The notes beneath the pieces were generated by a model. The model had not been told where the DNA came from, ran no database searches, and was given only the letters and a program-made list of their open reading frames with translations. Position numbers and translations under genes: made by a program. 64,000 nt of DNA from Octopus vulgaris (lineage: Eukaryota): assembly GCA_951406725.2 (NCBI GenBank), contig OX597823.1:53878001-53942000 (forward strand), given 5' to 3'. This document shows, piece by piece, positions 1 through 13,170 of the stretch (positions within the stretch are counted from its first letter, which is position 1; each line of letters begins with the position of its first letter).

Positions 1-518
1 GCTATGAGACATACAGCGAGTCTTGAGCATTTTGAACCTAGCGGATCTTGGATTCTAAACACCACTTATTTCTTCCGGAAAGAGATAGAGAGATTAAGAA
101 TAGATCCCAGCATTGGACTGATACTTCATTTATCAATACCCGAAAGACTGAACTCGACAGGATTTGAACTCACAGGTCTGTAGCGGCTCTACTTAGCCGC
201 CTAGTAATTTAATATAAGTTTTATTCAACACCCCATACTACGTGAATACATATTTTGTTAGCCTTAGTGCGTGCCTTGTAACATTATTCATAAGCGAAGA
301 ATACGTCCGAATTGATAACGTAATTATTGACCTCAAATTTTGGCACAATACCTGCAATTTCAGGGAAGAGGATAAGTTGATTACATCGACCTCCAGTTGA
401 ACACTGGTGGGGGTGGAGTCGTTGTAATCGTATTTTATCGGCCTCGAAAGGATGAAAGGCAAAGTCAACCCCAGCTGAATTTTAACTCAGAACAAAAAAA
501 AAACAGACGAAACGTCTT

Positions 519-890
519 TTACTCTTTTACTTGTTTCGGTAATTTGACTGTGACCATGCTGGAGCACCGCATTTAGTCGACCAAATCGACCCCAGGACTT
601 ATTCTTTGTAAGCCTAGTACTTATTCTATCAGTTTCTTTTGCCGAACCGCTAAGTTACGGGGACGTAAACACACCAGCATCGGTTGTCAAGCGATTTTGA
701 GGGGACAAACACAAACACACAAACATATACACACACATACATATATATACATATATACGACGGGCTTCTTTCAGTTTCCGTCTACCAAATCCACTCACAA
801 GGCTTTGGTCGGCCCAAGGTGCCACGCAGTGGGACTGAACCCGGAACCATGTAGTTCGTTAGCAAGCAACTAACCACACAGCCACTCCTA
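519..890 (-). mobile_element. tRNA-derived SINE family A
   Basis: Reverse complement of 12921-13361; nested in a family C SINE. Confidence 0.88.
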
Positions 891-1269
891 CACCCGGCGT
901 GCTTACGGTTCTGTCAGCTCGTAATAGTTCCATCTTTATTATAACCAACTAGCATTTATCGCTTAACCCTCTCTTCACTCACCCAAATAAAACATCTTGC
1001 AGGCATTTATTGTCGTTGTTATATTTGATGTTATTCATGATGAATAGTCAGTGAATTTAAGTTTTATCTTGATTGATAGTCGCTTGCGTCTTTACAAATT
1101 AAGGGCAATAATTTTGAGCAGCATTTACTGTACATGTGCCTACATTTTTTTATAATTAAATATTACAAAAGTGCAAAAAGCAACCCTTTCTGCAATGACT
1201 AGAATTAACAAAATTAGCATCAATAGTTCTTTCTTGGTTGAAAAGTAGATAGTTTGAGAGTGGTTATAG

Positions 1270-1415
1270 CAGTCATGGATAACCATCGACACGCAGGACT
1301 TCTTGAATGGTGCACCGAACGAAAAATTATCTTTGAATTTCTTTAGTAGAGCAGCCCGCCTAATGGTGAGACATGTCTTATGCGGCCCGCTTCTCGAAAA
1401 AGGTTGCCATTCGTG
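1270..1415 (-). mobile_element. hAT MITE (~146 bp)
   Basis: CAGTCATGG-type terminus, 8-bp TSD GGTTATAG/AGTTATAG; homologous inverted copy at 4946-5092. Confidence 0.75.
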
Positions 1416-1439
1416 AGTTATAGAAATAAATTGGAGTAT

Positions 1440-2030
1440 GCGAATGTGTTTATAATTGTAAAGATTAAGTTGCAATTTATATTTTTTTAAATACAGTATT
1501 GAACGCCACCGTTTGATACAAGATAAAGAATTCAAACAACTGGAAATAATCCTGTATTTAGAATTGTTGGCATTTAAAAATATTTACGCAAACAGCAATC
1601 TATTTTCGAATGATATACAAATGAAACTACTTCCGTAACACAAGCAAGTTCTGAAATGTAAGAGCTAAATAGCAGAGAAAGTGAAACCACACATCAAAGT
1701 CGAGTTAGTTAAAGAATGCGTAGCTAATATTGAACGATATTGAATTCCAGAAAAGGTCAGATTGTTTGAGAATATTTGTTTACCCCTGAGGACAATCTCT
1801 GATCGAATAACAGACATTGTTAATGGTATTTAAGTATCCTTGAAAAAGAAGTAGCAGAGTTTGTGATTTAATCCGTTAGCTGTAGAGAAAACAACAGTTA
1901 CAGTAAACACAACAGAATTGGTTAAATTTGTACGTGTGATAACGGTAAACTTTATGATAAGCGAAAATTTACTTGCTTTAAAATCGATGCACAGGGTTAC
2001 TAGAGGTAAAGTTGTTTTTATTTTTTTGAG
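1440..2030 (+). pseudogene. hAT (SPIN / GTF2IRD2-like) transposase relic
   Basis: Fragments LFENICLPLRTISDRITDI and NFMISENLLALKSMHRVTRG resemble recalled SPIN/Buster transposases; multiple stops and frameshifts. Confidence 0.65.
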
Positions 2031-3188
2031 TCCTCATTAAATAAATTTTTGGTGGTAGAAACAAATAAACTGTTCCGACTTGTCCTTTTAAAATTATTAT
2101 GGCCGGTTTTTTGTAGGACCTGAAAAGAGAATTGTGTTCGTGCAACCTTAGCGTGCAGTCAACAGGGCTATCCGTAGTCTACACTATGTAATGACCTGGT
2201 CTGCGTTTGGAATAGGGTTACGTTGTTAGGGTTAGGGTTATGGTTTAGGGTTTGATTAGAATTTAGGAATAGAGTGTAAATGGCTAGGTATGACCGCTCG
2301 TTAAAGTGGCACCCTTGTGTCTTTAACAATGAAAGAATTGGAGAACCTTCGACTGGAATCTAAAATTTTAACAGTGTGCCATTGTCATACTCAACTTCAA
2401 AATGAATGTCTAATTCCACAAGGAATAAATAATGGGATTAAAGTGTTAACACAACGTAATACTTTCATTAAAGAATAAGTGGTTGACAAACAGAGAAAGC
2501 ATTAAGAACTTTTGAAGGACCTCCAAGTGAAATATGAAATATGATATTGTAAGAAGTTTGTGTTGCAAAAATGTGCTTCCTGTCTCTCACTGTATTCCCG
2601 GGTCCACAAAAGCCTTGTAAGTGGATTTGGTAGACGGAAACTGAAAAAAGCCCTTCGTATATATAGTTGAAATTTATAGAAAAACAAAAGACGAAGACAG
2701 ATGTATGAACAATTAAGTGTATTTAGTTTGACGTTCGGGAAAAATGAAGAAGTCTTTTATGTTTCAAGCCTACGCTCTTCAATAGAAAGGAATAAGGGAA
2801 AATAAACAGAGAGAGAATTTACAAAAACTTGTAGATTTCAGCGGTCCCACGTGCGCGTGTTTGCATTTGTGTTTGTCACCCGCCACCACTTGACAACCAG
2901 TGCTGGTTTGTTTAAATTCATGTAACATAGCAAAGTAACAAAAGAATCCGATTGAATGAGTACCGAGCATTAAAAAAAGTAAGAAATTGACTCAATTCGT
3001 TCGACTAAAACCCTGCAAGGTGATACCCCAGCATGGACTCAATCCAATGACTGAAACAAATAGAAGATGAGATATAAGATATCTCTTGTCACATAAATGA
3101 TATAAGTTTGAAATTAAAAAAGCTTGCATCAGCTTTTCTACGTCGCTTCTTGCCAATAACAAAAGCTTCGTAATTCGACTGAAGAAAA

Positions 3189-3758
3189 TATTGGGTTGTC
3201 CGGAAAGTTCGTGCCGATATTTTAAATGAAAGAAAAAGGTCAATAAATATTTGCCATTACATATTTAATCAACCAAATATGAACCATTTTGTTGCACAAT
3301 GCGTCTCCATCTTTCCTTTAACTTGAAAAACCCTCTTCTCAGAAATGAGGTGGTTTCATGCCCAAGAATTCATCAAGGTATCTTTTTACATCATCCAAGG
3401 AATTGAAATTTTTACCATTAAGACTATTCTGCAGAGACCTAAATAAGTGGAAATCCGAAGGAGCAATATCTGGTGAATATGGAGGGTGAGGTAACACGTC
3501 CCAGCCGAGCTGCAGCAATTTTTATCTGGTTCCCAAAGCATCAAGTGCCGAAAATGAACTTTCTTATCTTCCATTTTAAAGGGTTACAGAATTAACACAG
3601 GTTATCGGAACATAAACCTTCTTCCATGAAAAGATAGCTAAGACTGTGTTCTAAATGGAGGTGTAGTCAAATCCTATTTTATGGACTCAACCATGTTCTA
3701 AAATAAGTCGAAAGTTAAGCTACTATAAATCGGCACGAACTTTCCGGACAGCCCAATA
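3189..3758 (-). mobile_element. Internally deleted mariner element
   Basis: 28-bp TIRs TTGGGTTGTCCGGAAAGTTCGTGCCGAT (1 mismatch), TA on both sides; transposase N-terminus (MEDKKVHFRHLMLWE) fused to C-terminus (HPPYSPDIAPSDFHLF). Confidence 0.93.
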
Positions 3759-4945
3759 AAATACTACTACGTGAAACATTTTACTAATGCTAAAAGAGCA
3801 TTAACCAGAATGCCAGGGAATATGCTCCAAAGTTATAGCTTCGATCTTTTAGACTAATTTCGACAGCGGCTTCTAGATTTAAGAATCGAACTGACAAAAT
3901 GCGAAATTCGTTCCAATGTAATATCAGGTAAAACTCCTGGTTTCTGGAGACTCGACTTGAATTCATTTACACAGCCGATAATACTTTGATATCTAGAACA
4001 CTGGGATCAACGTAATCAGCTTATCTCCTCTCCAAAAATTGGTAGCCTTGTGCCAAAATTTGAATCCGTTATTTCAGATTGCAATCTTAAATGGGGTTTG
4101 TTTTTTTTTTTGATAGACTGCATCAACTATGCTAACACCCACCTTACTACTAAACTTTCATGCAGAAGGCATCTTTGAATATTTTCCCCAATTGTAATTC
4201 ATTTAACTTTAGCAATATTACAAGGATATCATTGTCATCCGGTCGGGCGATTTTCCCGGGCCAATAAGTCAAAATGGTTTTTCGATAGCTAATTGTCTCA
4301 TTTGCGCACGCCACGGCTACAGATGACATAGGCCGTATACCAAGTGAGTTTGCTGATCCTGGCCGTCGACAATTTGTTGTTTGCTCATTCGCTCAGCGTC
4401 TAGTGATACACGCCATTGGCTAAATAAGTTCATCTGCCGAAATGACTCACATCCACTATGCTGCGTCTCGTGATTTCGGCGTAACCCTGACTCGAGTGGT
4501 TACTGAGTGCCCGGCCTTGTCAAGGGGCGACTAGTGATTTAGTCCGTGACAGTTTATTCCCATAGTCACAGCTGACCTCTGTTTACCTGCTAATTAATCC
4601 TCAGCTCGGGTCCTTACAGGTGCTACTACTCCGGGTCAGAGTAGGTCCAGGAACAGTAGTCACGTAGAGGTAGTTCCAAACTCCTAAAAACTCTGGAACC
4701 CCTACTTCATTACTTCACTTAGCAGCTTTCAAAATGAATGACTTTCTTTATTAGACAATGCGATTAGCTGGTCATGTTACAATTTATCGAAACCAGTACA
4801 CCCGAAACATTCAGTTGGTCGAAGAAATAACTGCCTCTAACAACTACACGCGCTCTATAAAACTCTAGTGATACCCAAAATGAAGTACTGCTTTCACACC
4901 TAGGATGGTGTTGTTTCTATACACGAATAGCCAGTCATCTTATAC

Positions 4946-5092
4946 CAGGTATGGACAACCGTTTTCGAAAAGTGGGCCGCGTGAGGCATGGTTCATCATC
5001 AGGAAGGGCCGTACTACTAAAAAATTCACGCTAAGTTTTTCTCAAGGTGTGCTATTCAGAAAGTCCTGCGGGCTGCAGTTTGCCCATGACTG
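4946..5092 (+). mobile_element. hAT MITE, same family as 1270-1415
   Basis: CAGGTATGGACAA...TTGCCCATGACTG ends; colinear similarity to the reverse complement of 1270-1415. Confidence 0.72.
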
Positions 5093-5450
5093 AACTAGAC
5101 ACTAAAGACTAAGAGGACCATCCATGGCAGGATTTGAACTTGAAGTGTAAAGGGTTGTAACCAAATGCTACAAGACTTAACTGATTGTGCCAACTCCCTG
5201 TTCTCATAACAGTGATAATTTCTACCTTTGACAAATTCAAAAAGTTTATAGGCGAAAGATTTAGACAATTAAACTCACATCAATATTTTGACCCCAGTAA
5301 CTCGCTTTGCAATCACGTGGTTCTGGGTTCAGTCCCATTGTGCACAGTACCTTGGGTACGTGTCTGCTACTACATCCTCGGGCTAATCAAAGACATGTGA
5401 GTGGATTTGGTAGACAGAAACTTAAAGAAGCCCGTCGTGTAGATAGATAG

Positions 5451-5491
5451 ATACATACATACATACATACATACATACATACATACATACA

Positions 5492-5522
<31 letters not shown>
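5451..5522. repeat. (ATAC)n microsatellite
   Basis: About 18 perfect units. Confidence 0.95.
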
Positions 5523-6476
5523 GAAATAAAGAAAGCTTCTATGAAAGCAGAGAATGAAGTTGAAAAACCTTTATGTATTTTGGATGCAAAGGCCCATCTT
5601 CAGGAAAGTACAGTCAAAGAAATTTGTGCCCGCGTAGATCCTGACATGTGGATTTCTGGATATAGTCGTTTAAATATCCATAAGTCAGAAAAAATATGCA
5701 CGCGTATATTTGTCAGTAGAGCGACTATGTTAATCAAAGTGTATAGTTTTATCCATCCATTACTGCCTGTCCTACCAATCGGTTTCACACTGGGTATTAA
5801 ACCCGGATATTAGCTAATACCGCGTGCTCAGCCATATTTTCCCCATACCTACCTCTGACGAGCACACGGTTTTACATAACGATGCCGATATATAACATCT
5901 AGTTTAATTTCTGGTGCGAAACCGATTAGTAAAATATACAATACTGGCAAGATGTATTATATTTATATACATGTATGTATGTATGTATGTATGTATGTAT
6001 GTATGTATGTATGTATGTACGTATGTATGTGTATGTGTGAGTGTGTGTGTGTAATACAGTACGCTTTGGTTAATATATATCTGCGTGTATGCATTTGTGT
6101 GTAGGGGTCTGTATGTATGTGCGTGCGCGTGTATGCATGTGTGTGTGCGTCTGTGTTTGTTCCTCACCACCGCTTGACAACCAATGTTAGTTTATTTACA
6201 TTTACATAATTTATCGGTTCGGCAAAAGACCGATAGAATAAGTACCAGACTATAAAAAAAATTTAAGTAATGAGGTCGTTTTGTTCGCCTATAGTATAGG
6301 CCCTGTATAGTATAGACCTTATAGTATAGAGTATAGGCTCTATACCCTTCAAGGCGTCTTATGAGTGAAACAGATAAAAGACAAAAAGAATGCATACTCA
6401 AACATGCTGCCAATTCTGCGATATACATACACATATATAAGTACACACAGACATACATATATATATGTACACACAG

Positions 6477-6535
<59 letters not shown>

Positions 6536-6538
6536 CAG

Positions 6539-6627
<89 letters not shown>

Positions 6628-7412
6628 TTGTTGTTGGCATCCTTTTTGTCTCGGGAGACAATGGAGTTGTGCATAAAATAGTCTAGTGCGGCTTTTACAT
6701 TTCATGTCCTGATACATTTCCTGCTTGGCTGTGTAGTCCTATCCTGGACAAACACTCCCTCTGGCAAGTACCAGACGTCTTGTTGACGTCTTTTCTTGTC
6801 TTTCCATTTCTCCTCTCTCTCTCTCTGTCATTCCTTTGTATTCCCTCTTTTACGGTACGTCGCCAATCTCCACCGCTAATATTGATGTTGCAGGCCTTCA
6901 TGTCCCTTGTAACGTAAGAACGGTCTACCCACAGACCTAGTACCCCTAGCAAGCTCTCCGTAGAATATGTCCTTGGGGATTCTGCTATCTTTCATACGGC
7001 TAACATGCCCAAGCCATCTCATACGTCTTTGTGTGAGGAGTGCAAACATGCTTGGTATTCCTGCTTGCTTGAGGACATCTTTGTTGGGGATATGATTCTG
7101 CCATTTGATGCGGAGGATTTTCCGGGGGCAGCGCAGGTGAAAGATGTTTAGGCGACGCTCTTGGCGTGTGTATAGCGTCCAAGTCTCACTTCCCTACAGT
7201 AGAGTGCTAAGTACACATGCCTGGTAGATCTTCATTTTCGTGGTCTTGGTCAGCTTATTGTTGTCCCATGCCCGTTTGGAGAGTTAGGCCATCGCAGCAG
7301 CTGCCTTGCCAATGCGTATATTGAGCTCAGCGTCAAGGGATAGGTTGTAGGTGATGGTAGAGCCAAGATAGGTAAACTTCTCCACCTCCTGTAATCTGTG
7401 GTCTCCAATATG

Positions 7413-7417
<5 letters not shown>
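6628..7417 (-). mobile_element. 5'-truncated RTE-like LINE (second family) with (CAA)n tail, in (TA)n
   Basis: VEKFTYLGS...AELNIRIGKA, YGSETW, C-terminal [14 protein letters not shown]-type finger; flanked by (TA)n on both sides. Confidence 0.85.
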
Positions 7418-7443
<26 letters not shown>

Positions 7444-7632
7444 GACCTCGTGAAGACTACCTGCAATTTTTTTTCCTCTGTCCTCCCGTCTCGGGATCTT
7501 TCTTTCTCCTATGTTTCCGACGAAGAGCTCCGCTCGAAACGTCATACCCTCCTTCTTCCATTTTCCTGAGCGCCTAATAATACTGTAATTGTTCCACGTG
7601 TTATTGTTTTTTCTGTTTTCCCGTTTGGATTA

Positions 7633-7708
<76 letters not shown>

Positions 7709-8048
7709 TGTATGTATGTATGTATGTATGTATGTATGTATGTATGTATGTATGTATATATATGCATGTATGTATGTATGTATGTACATATATACAGAGA
7801 TATACACGTGTACAAATATATATACACATACATATATGAACATGTAGTTCCCAGATTAGTTGGTTATAAGTAGCTGATTGTGTTACTTTTCCGGGCCGCT
7901 ATTGTTGAATTGTTTTTGTTTGACTTTTTATGTGGGTTAACTGTACTTTAAAATTTAATTTTTTTTAAGGTAAGACTCCTATTGACAAGCATATTAAAAC
8001 ATTAACTAAGTAGCTTACAATAGATTTCCTGCAGGCAATCGTTTTATA

Positions 8049-8051
<3 letters not shown>

Positions 8052-8134
<83 letters not shown>
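8052..8134. repeat. (TA)n microsatellite (representative of dozens, densest at 5.9-13.2 kb)
   Basis: About 41 units; such tracts account for the IYIY/THTH/CVCV ORFs. Confidence 0.95.
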
Positions 8135-8138
<4 letters not shown>

Positions 8139-8326
8139 CATATAAAATACAGTGTACATTTAAACACATTAAGAAGTTTCCATCATAGAAATCTTTTACG
8201 CTAAAGTCCAATCCACTAATTAGGGATAAATTGACTAATTTTTCTATGCACTAGGCGACTGGTAGTAAAAATTTCTAAAATCGTTATTACCCTAATATAA
8301 TTAATTTTATATATATATATACACAC

Positions 8327-8395
<69 letters not shown>

Positions 8396-9094
8396 CACAT
8401 AATATACATATATGCATACATACAAACACATGCCCATATATGCTTGTATATATACATATATAACGGGAAGCTTTATGAAAATAAACAAAAGACGAAGGCA
8501 GGTGGAGTACAAACAAACAATTGTATTAGTATGGCGCTCAGGAATATAACTAAAACAAGTCTTTTACGTTTCGAGCCTACGCTCTTCAACAGAAATATAG
8601 GTATGTGCATATATTTATGTATATATGCATATATTTATATATTATTATATATTATTATATATATATATATCATCAAACAGGCTCTAATGACGCTGTTGGT
8701 CTACATCAGCAAGACTTATATTAAAATCCAGGAAAAGAGTACGGTGAAATGCTGTCAGGAGTGGCAAATTTTTAACGTTTCCAACAGTGTTCTTCTTCAA
8801 GTAAAAATTGAAAGGAGAGAAATATATGAGAGCTGAGCTTTAAATTCTCGATGTTAAAGGGATGAAAAAAAATAACCTGGTTCAAACAAATAAGGAATGC
8901 AGGACTACGTAAGCTTCATTGGTGAACAGGAAGTGGTAGGAGAAACAGTGTGAGAAGGAAGAAGCAAAGAGTAATGGTCGTTCTTTAGGTTACTAGTCCT
9001 GTTTTCCATTTGCTTCTCTCGTTGTTTGCTTATTCAACTCTTTTGTTTTCGTACTTCATGTTGCTTACTGTTTGTGACGTCCTGTGCCCATATA

Positions 9095-9172
<78 letters not shown>

Positions 9173-9392
9173 TGTATGTATGTATGTATGTATGTATGCA
9201 TATATCTATATTATTATTTGATTGAATGCCACGCATCTATTTCCAAATAAATTTATCTTAATCTTTTTGATGGTACTCTATCCTATACTGTTCTCTCCCC
9301 TGTCGTTTTCTCTCTCATCCTTTCCCTAACTCCTTTTTTCTCCCCTTCACTATTTTCTATCTGTCCCTCTGTCTCCCTCTTTCTCCTTTACT

Positions 9393-9424
<32 letters not shown>

Positions 9425-9924
9425 CTCGTTGCTCACACGTGACCACTGTCCATCTTTCTTTTCCTCACATGATCATCTTTCTTTTCCTTTAGGGCTGTCC
9501 TAGAGGGTGGACGTATCCTATCTATCTCTCTCTTCTATCTTTTCTCTTATCAAAGAAAATATTCCTTCAGCGCTCGCTATTTTACCCTTGTTCTGGTCTA
9601 ACGACCCTCCATGTTTGTTTTCGTTCGGTTTCCTTGTATGTCTCCAATGTCCTGTTTTTCTTCCCAACTTTGACCCTCCACAAATCCCAAATTTTATTTT
9701 GGTATATGTGGAAGCAACTGCCTTCGAAGACTTATATTGTTGTTCAATACTCGAAATGTGGAGTATATAGGTAGCCGGCAACTGATGAAGGGTCGTTGTT
9801 TATGTTACTTGTCCTGTCTTCCATTTGTTTCTTACCTTGTTTGTGTATTCAACTCATTTGTTTTCGAATTTCATGTTGTTTACTGTTTGTGACGTCCTGT
9901 ACCCATATATGCATACACACACAC

Positions 9925-9992
<68 letters not shown>

Positions 9993-10522
9993 CAAAATAA
10001 TAAATAAAACATATGCATATATACATACATATATGTACGTACCTACATCTATATGTATATATACATGCATATATGGGTACAGGACACAAAAAAACGTCGA
10101 ACACAATGAGAAACGAAAACACACAAATAAAACCATGGAAACGGACATTTTTTTTAAACAACGAAAAAACAGAATACAAGACATGCAACACAAGGAAAAT
10201 TCCCCTTCTTCAGCCGCCTCTGCTTCGTCTACTCCGTGTTTCGAAGGTAAGGGCGAGACACAACTTCAATGAAACAGTCCTTACCGCAAAGCAAATTAAA
10301 TAAAATTTGGGATTTTTTGCGAAGGGATAAAAGTGGTAACAAGTACAGAACAGTAAAAGCAAAACAAGACAGTAAATATACAAATAAATACAGTAAAAGA
10401 CAGAACAAGGAGAATAACAGTAACACAAACGGTAAGGGCTCTTAAGCCGAAACGAAGGAAAAATTATTTTGAACGCTGTGAGAACAACGGCTTAAGAAAG
10501 GGACAGGAAGCCGTATATATGC

Positions 10523-10574
<52 letters not shown>

Positions 10575-10609
10575 GTGTGTGTGTGTGTATATATATATAT
10601 ACATATATA

Positions 10610-10741
10610 CATAGGGTGATTGAAAAGTCGCCATACATAAGAACAATTTCTTTTTTATAAGAAACAGTTTTTTTTTATTTAATTGTTTCGTATTGAAAAA
10701 TAATTTTTTCGTATGTATGGTGACTTTTGAATCACTCTATG
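10610..10741. mobile_element. Tc1/mariner-type mini-MITE (132 bp)
   Basis: 30-bp TIRs with 3 mismatches (CATAGGGTGATTGAAAAGTCGCCATACATA), embedded in microsatellite. Confidence 0.75.
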
Positions 10742-11118
10742 TGTGTGTGTATGTGTGTGTGTGTGTGTACGTGTGTGCATGCATACACGGGAAATGTGTA
10801 TGTGTATGCATACGAGCGTATGTATGTACACGTTTTCATATATGTGCATGTATGTGAGTGCGCGTACATATCCGTATTTGTGTGCATATGCGTATATGCG
10901 TCTATGTCTACGTGTGTGTATATATATATATGTGTGTGTGTGAATGCATGCGTAGATATATATATATGCGTATGAAGATATATATTTATATGTATGGGTG
11001 TGAGTGTGTGCGTGGGTGTGTGTATGTAAGCAGATATATATATATGCGTGTAAGCGTGTGTATGCACACACGATCATTTGGTATGTATATGCGTGCGAGT
11101 GTAGGTATGTTTAGTGAG

Positions 11119-11433
11119 GGCGCGTGGCTTAGTGGTTAGGGCATTCGGCTCATGATCGTAAGGTTGTGAGTTCGATTCCCGGCGACGCGTTGTGTCCTTG
11201 AGCAAGACACTTTATTTCACGTTGCTCCAGTCCACTCAGCTGGCAAAAATGAGTTGTACTTGTATTTCAAAGGGTCAGCCTTATCACTCTCTGTGTCACG
11301 CTGATTATCCCCGAGAACTACGTTAAGGGTACACGTGTCTGTGGAATGCTCAGCCATTTGCACGTTAATTTCACGAGCAAGCTGTTCCGTTGATCGTATC
11401 AGCTGGAACCCTCGTCGTCGTAACCGGCGGAGT
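11119..11433 (+). mobile_element. tRNA-derived SINE family B
   Basis: A box TGGCTTAGTGG, B box GTTCGATTCC, GTGTCCTTGAGCAAGACACT core; copies at about 12444-12747, 22028-22170 (minus), 31320-31460. Confidence 0.88.
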
Positions 11434-11717
11434 CTAAGAGAGAGAGAGGTATGTTTATATATGTGTATGTATGTGAGTGCATGTACATTTCCGAATATGT
11501 GAGCGTGTGTATATACGCATGTATATGTATATTCTTTTATTTGTTTCGATCGTTTGGCTGCGCCCATGCTGGAGCACCGCCTTTAATCGAACAAATCGAC
11601 TCCAAGACTTATTCTTTGTAAGCTTGGTACTTATATTCCATCGGCATTTTTGCCGAACTGCTAGTTAGAGGGACTTTAACACACCAACATTGGTTGTCAA
11701 GCGATAATGGGGAGAGC

Positions 11718-11769
<52 letters not shown>

Positions 11770-11934
11770 CGACGAGCTTCTTTCAGTTTCTGTCGGCCCG
11801 AGTCTATAGTAGAAGACACTTGCCCAAGGTGCCACACAGTGGGATTTGAACCCGTACGCATGTGATTGGAAAGCAAGCTTTTTACCACACAGCCACTCCT
11901 GCGCCTGTAAATGTGTATGTATGTATGTATGTAT

Positions 11935-12013
<79 letters not shown>

Positions 12014-12020
12014 CACATTC

Positions 12021-12051
<31 letters not shown>

Positions 12052-12920
12052 CATAAACGCAAACCTGGAAGTATGTATAATACTACTACTGGATAGCATA
12101 GGGTAAATCTAAAGGTGGACGAGCTTTATACAGTACTCTATGTTCTTAACAGAATATGCCATAACTATATATGTGTGTGTGTGTGTGTATATGCTAGCAT
12201 TAATCCAGCACCACCGCTTGACGACCGGTGTTGGTTTGATTAAGTTCCCATAATCCAGCGTTTCGGCAAAAGACACCGATAGAATAAGCACCAGGCTTAA
12301 AAAGAAATAAGTATTGGGCTCGATTTGTCCGACTGAAAATCCTTCAAGGTGGTGCTCCAGCATGGCCGCAGTGCAATAACTGAAACGAGTAAAAGAATGG
12401 ATAAAAAATATTATCAAGTATCTTGTAAAGAGGACAATGGTGAAGACGCATGGCTTAGTGGTTAGGGTATTTGACTCACGATCGTAAGGTCATGGGTTCG
12501 AATCCTGGTGGCGTGTGGTATCTTTGAACAAGACACATAATTTCATGTTGCTCTAGTCTACTCACCTGGCAAAAATGAGTAGTACCCGTATCTCAAAGGG
12601 CCGACCTTGTCACATTCTATGTCACGCTGAATCCTGCTAAGAACTACGTTAAGGGAACGTACGTATGCGTCGTTCTCAGCCACTTGCACGTTCATTTCAC
12701 TATCAAGCTGTTCAGTTGATCGAATCAACAGGAACACTCGTCGTCGTGTATCCTCGATTGATCATAATTTATTTCGCTAAAATATACACCTAGAATACAC
12801 TCTAAAATCAATTAGATGTCATAGCAAGAAAGCGAACAGGTATCGCAACGTATTAAAAATATCACGCAACTACTGAAAAACAAAATATTTAAAAGTTATG
12901 TATCTGAATACAAAATTCTC

Positions 12921-13077
12921 CGAGTGGATGTGTGGTAAGTAGCTTGCTTACCAACCACATGGTTCCGGGTTCAGTCCTACTGCGTAGCACGTTGGGCAAG
13001 TGTCTTCTACTATAGCCTCGGGCCGACCAAAGCCTTGTGAGTGGATTTGGTAGGCGGGAACTGAAAAGAAGCCCGTC

Positions 13078-13137
<60 letters not shown>

Positions 13138-13139
13138 TG

Positions 13140-13170
<31 letters not shown>

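Noticed and set aside
8766-8809. Further hammerhead-like motif on minus (TTGAAGAAGAAC-ACT-GTTGGAAACGTT)
   Set aside because: Core and stems too degenerate to call; at most a decayed relative.
11119-11190. tRNA-like sequence with A and B boxes
   Set aside because: Continues into a multi-copy SINE body and lacks a full cloverleaf; it is a SINE head.
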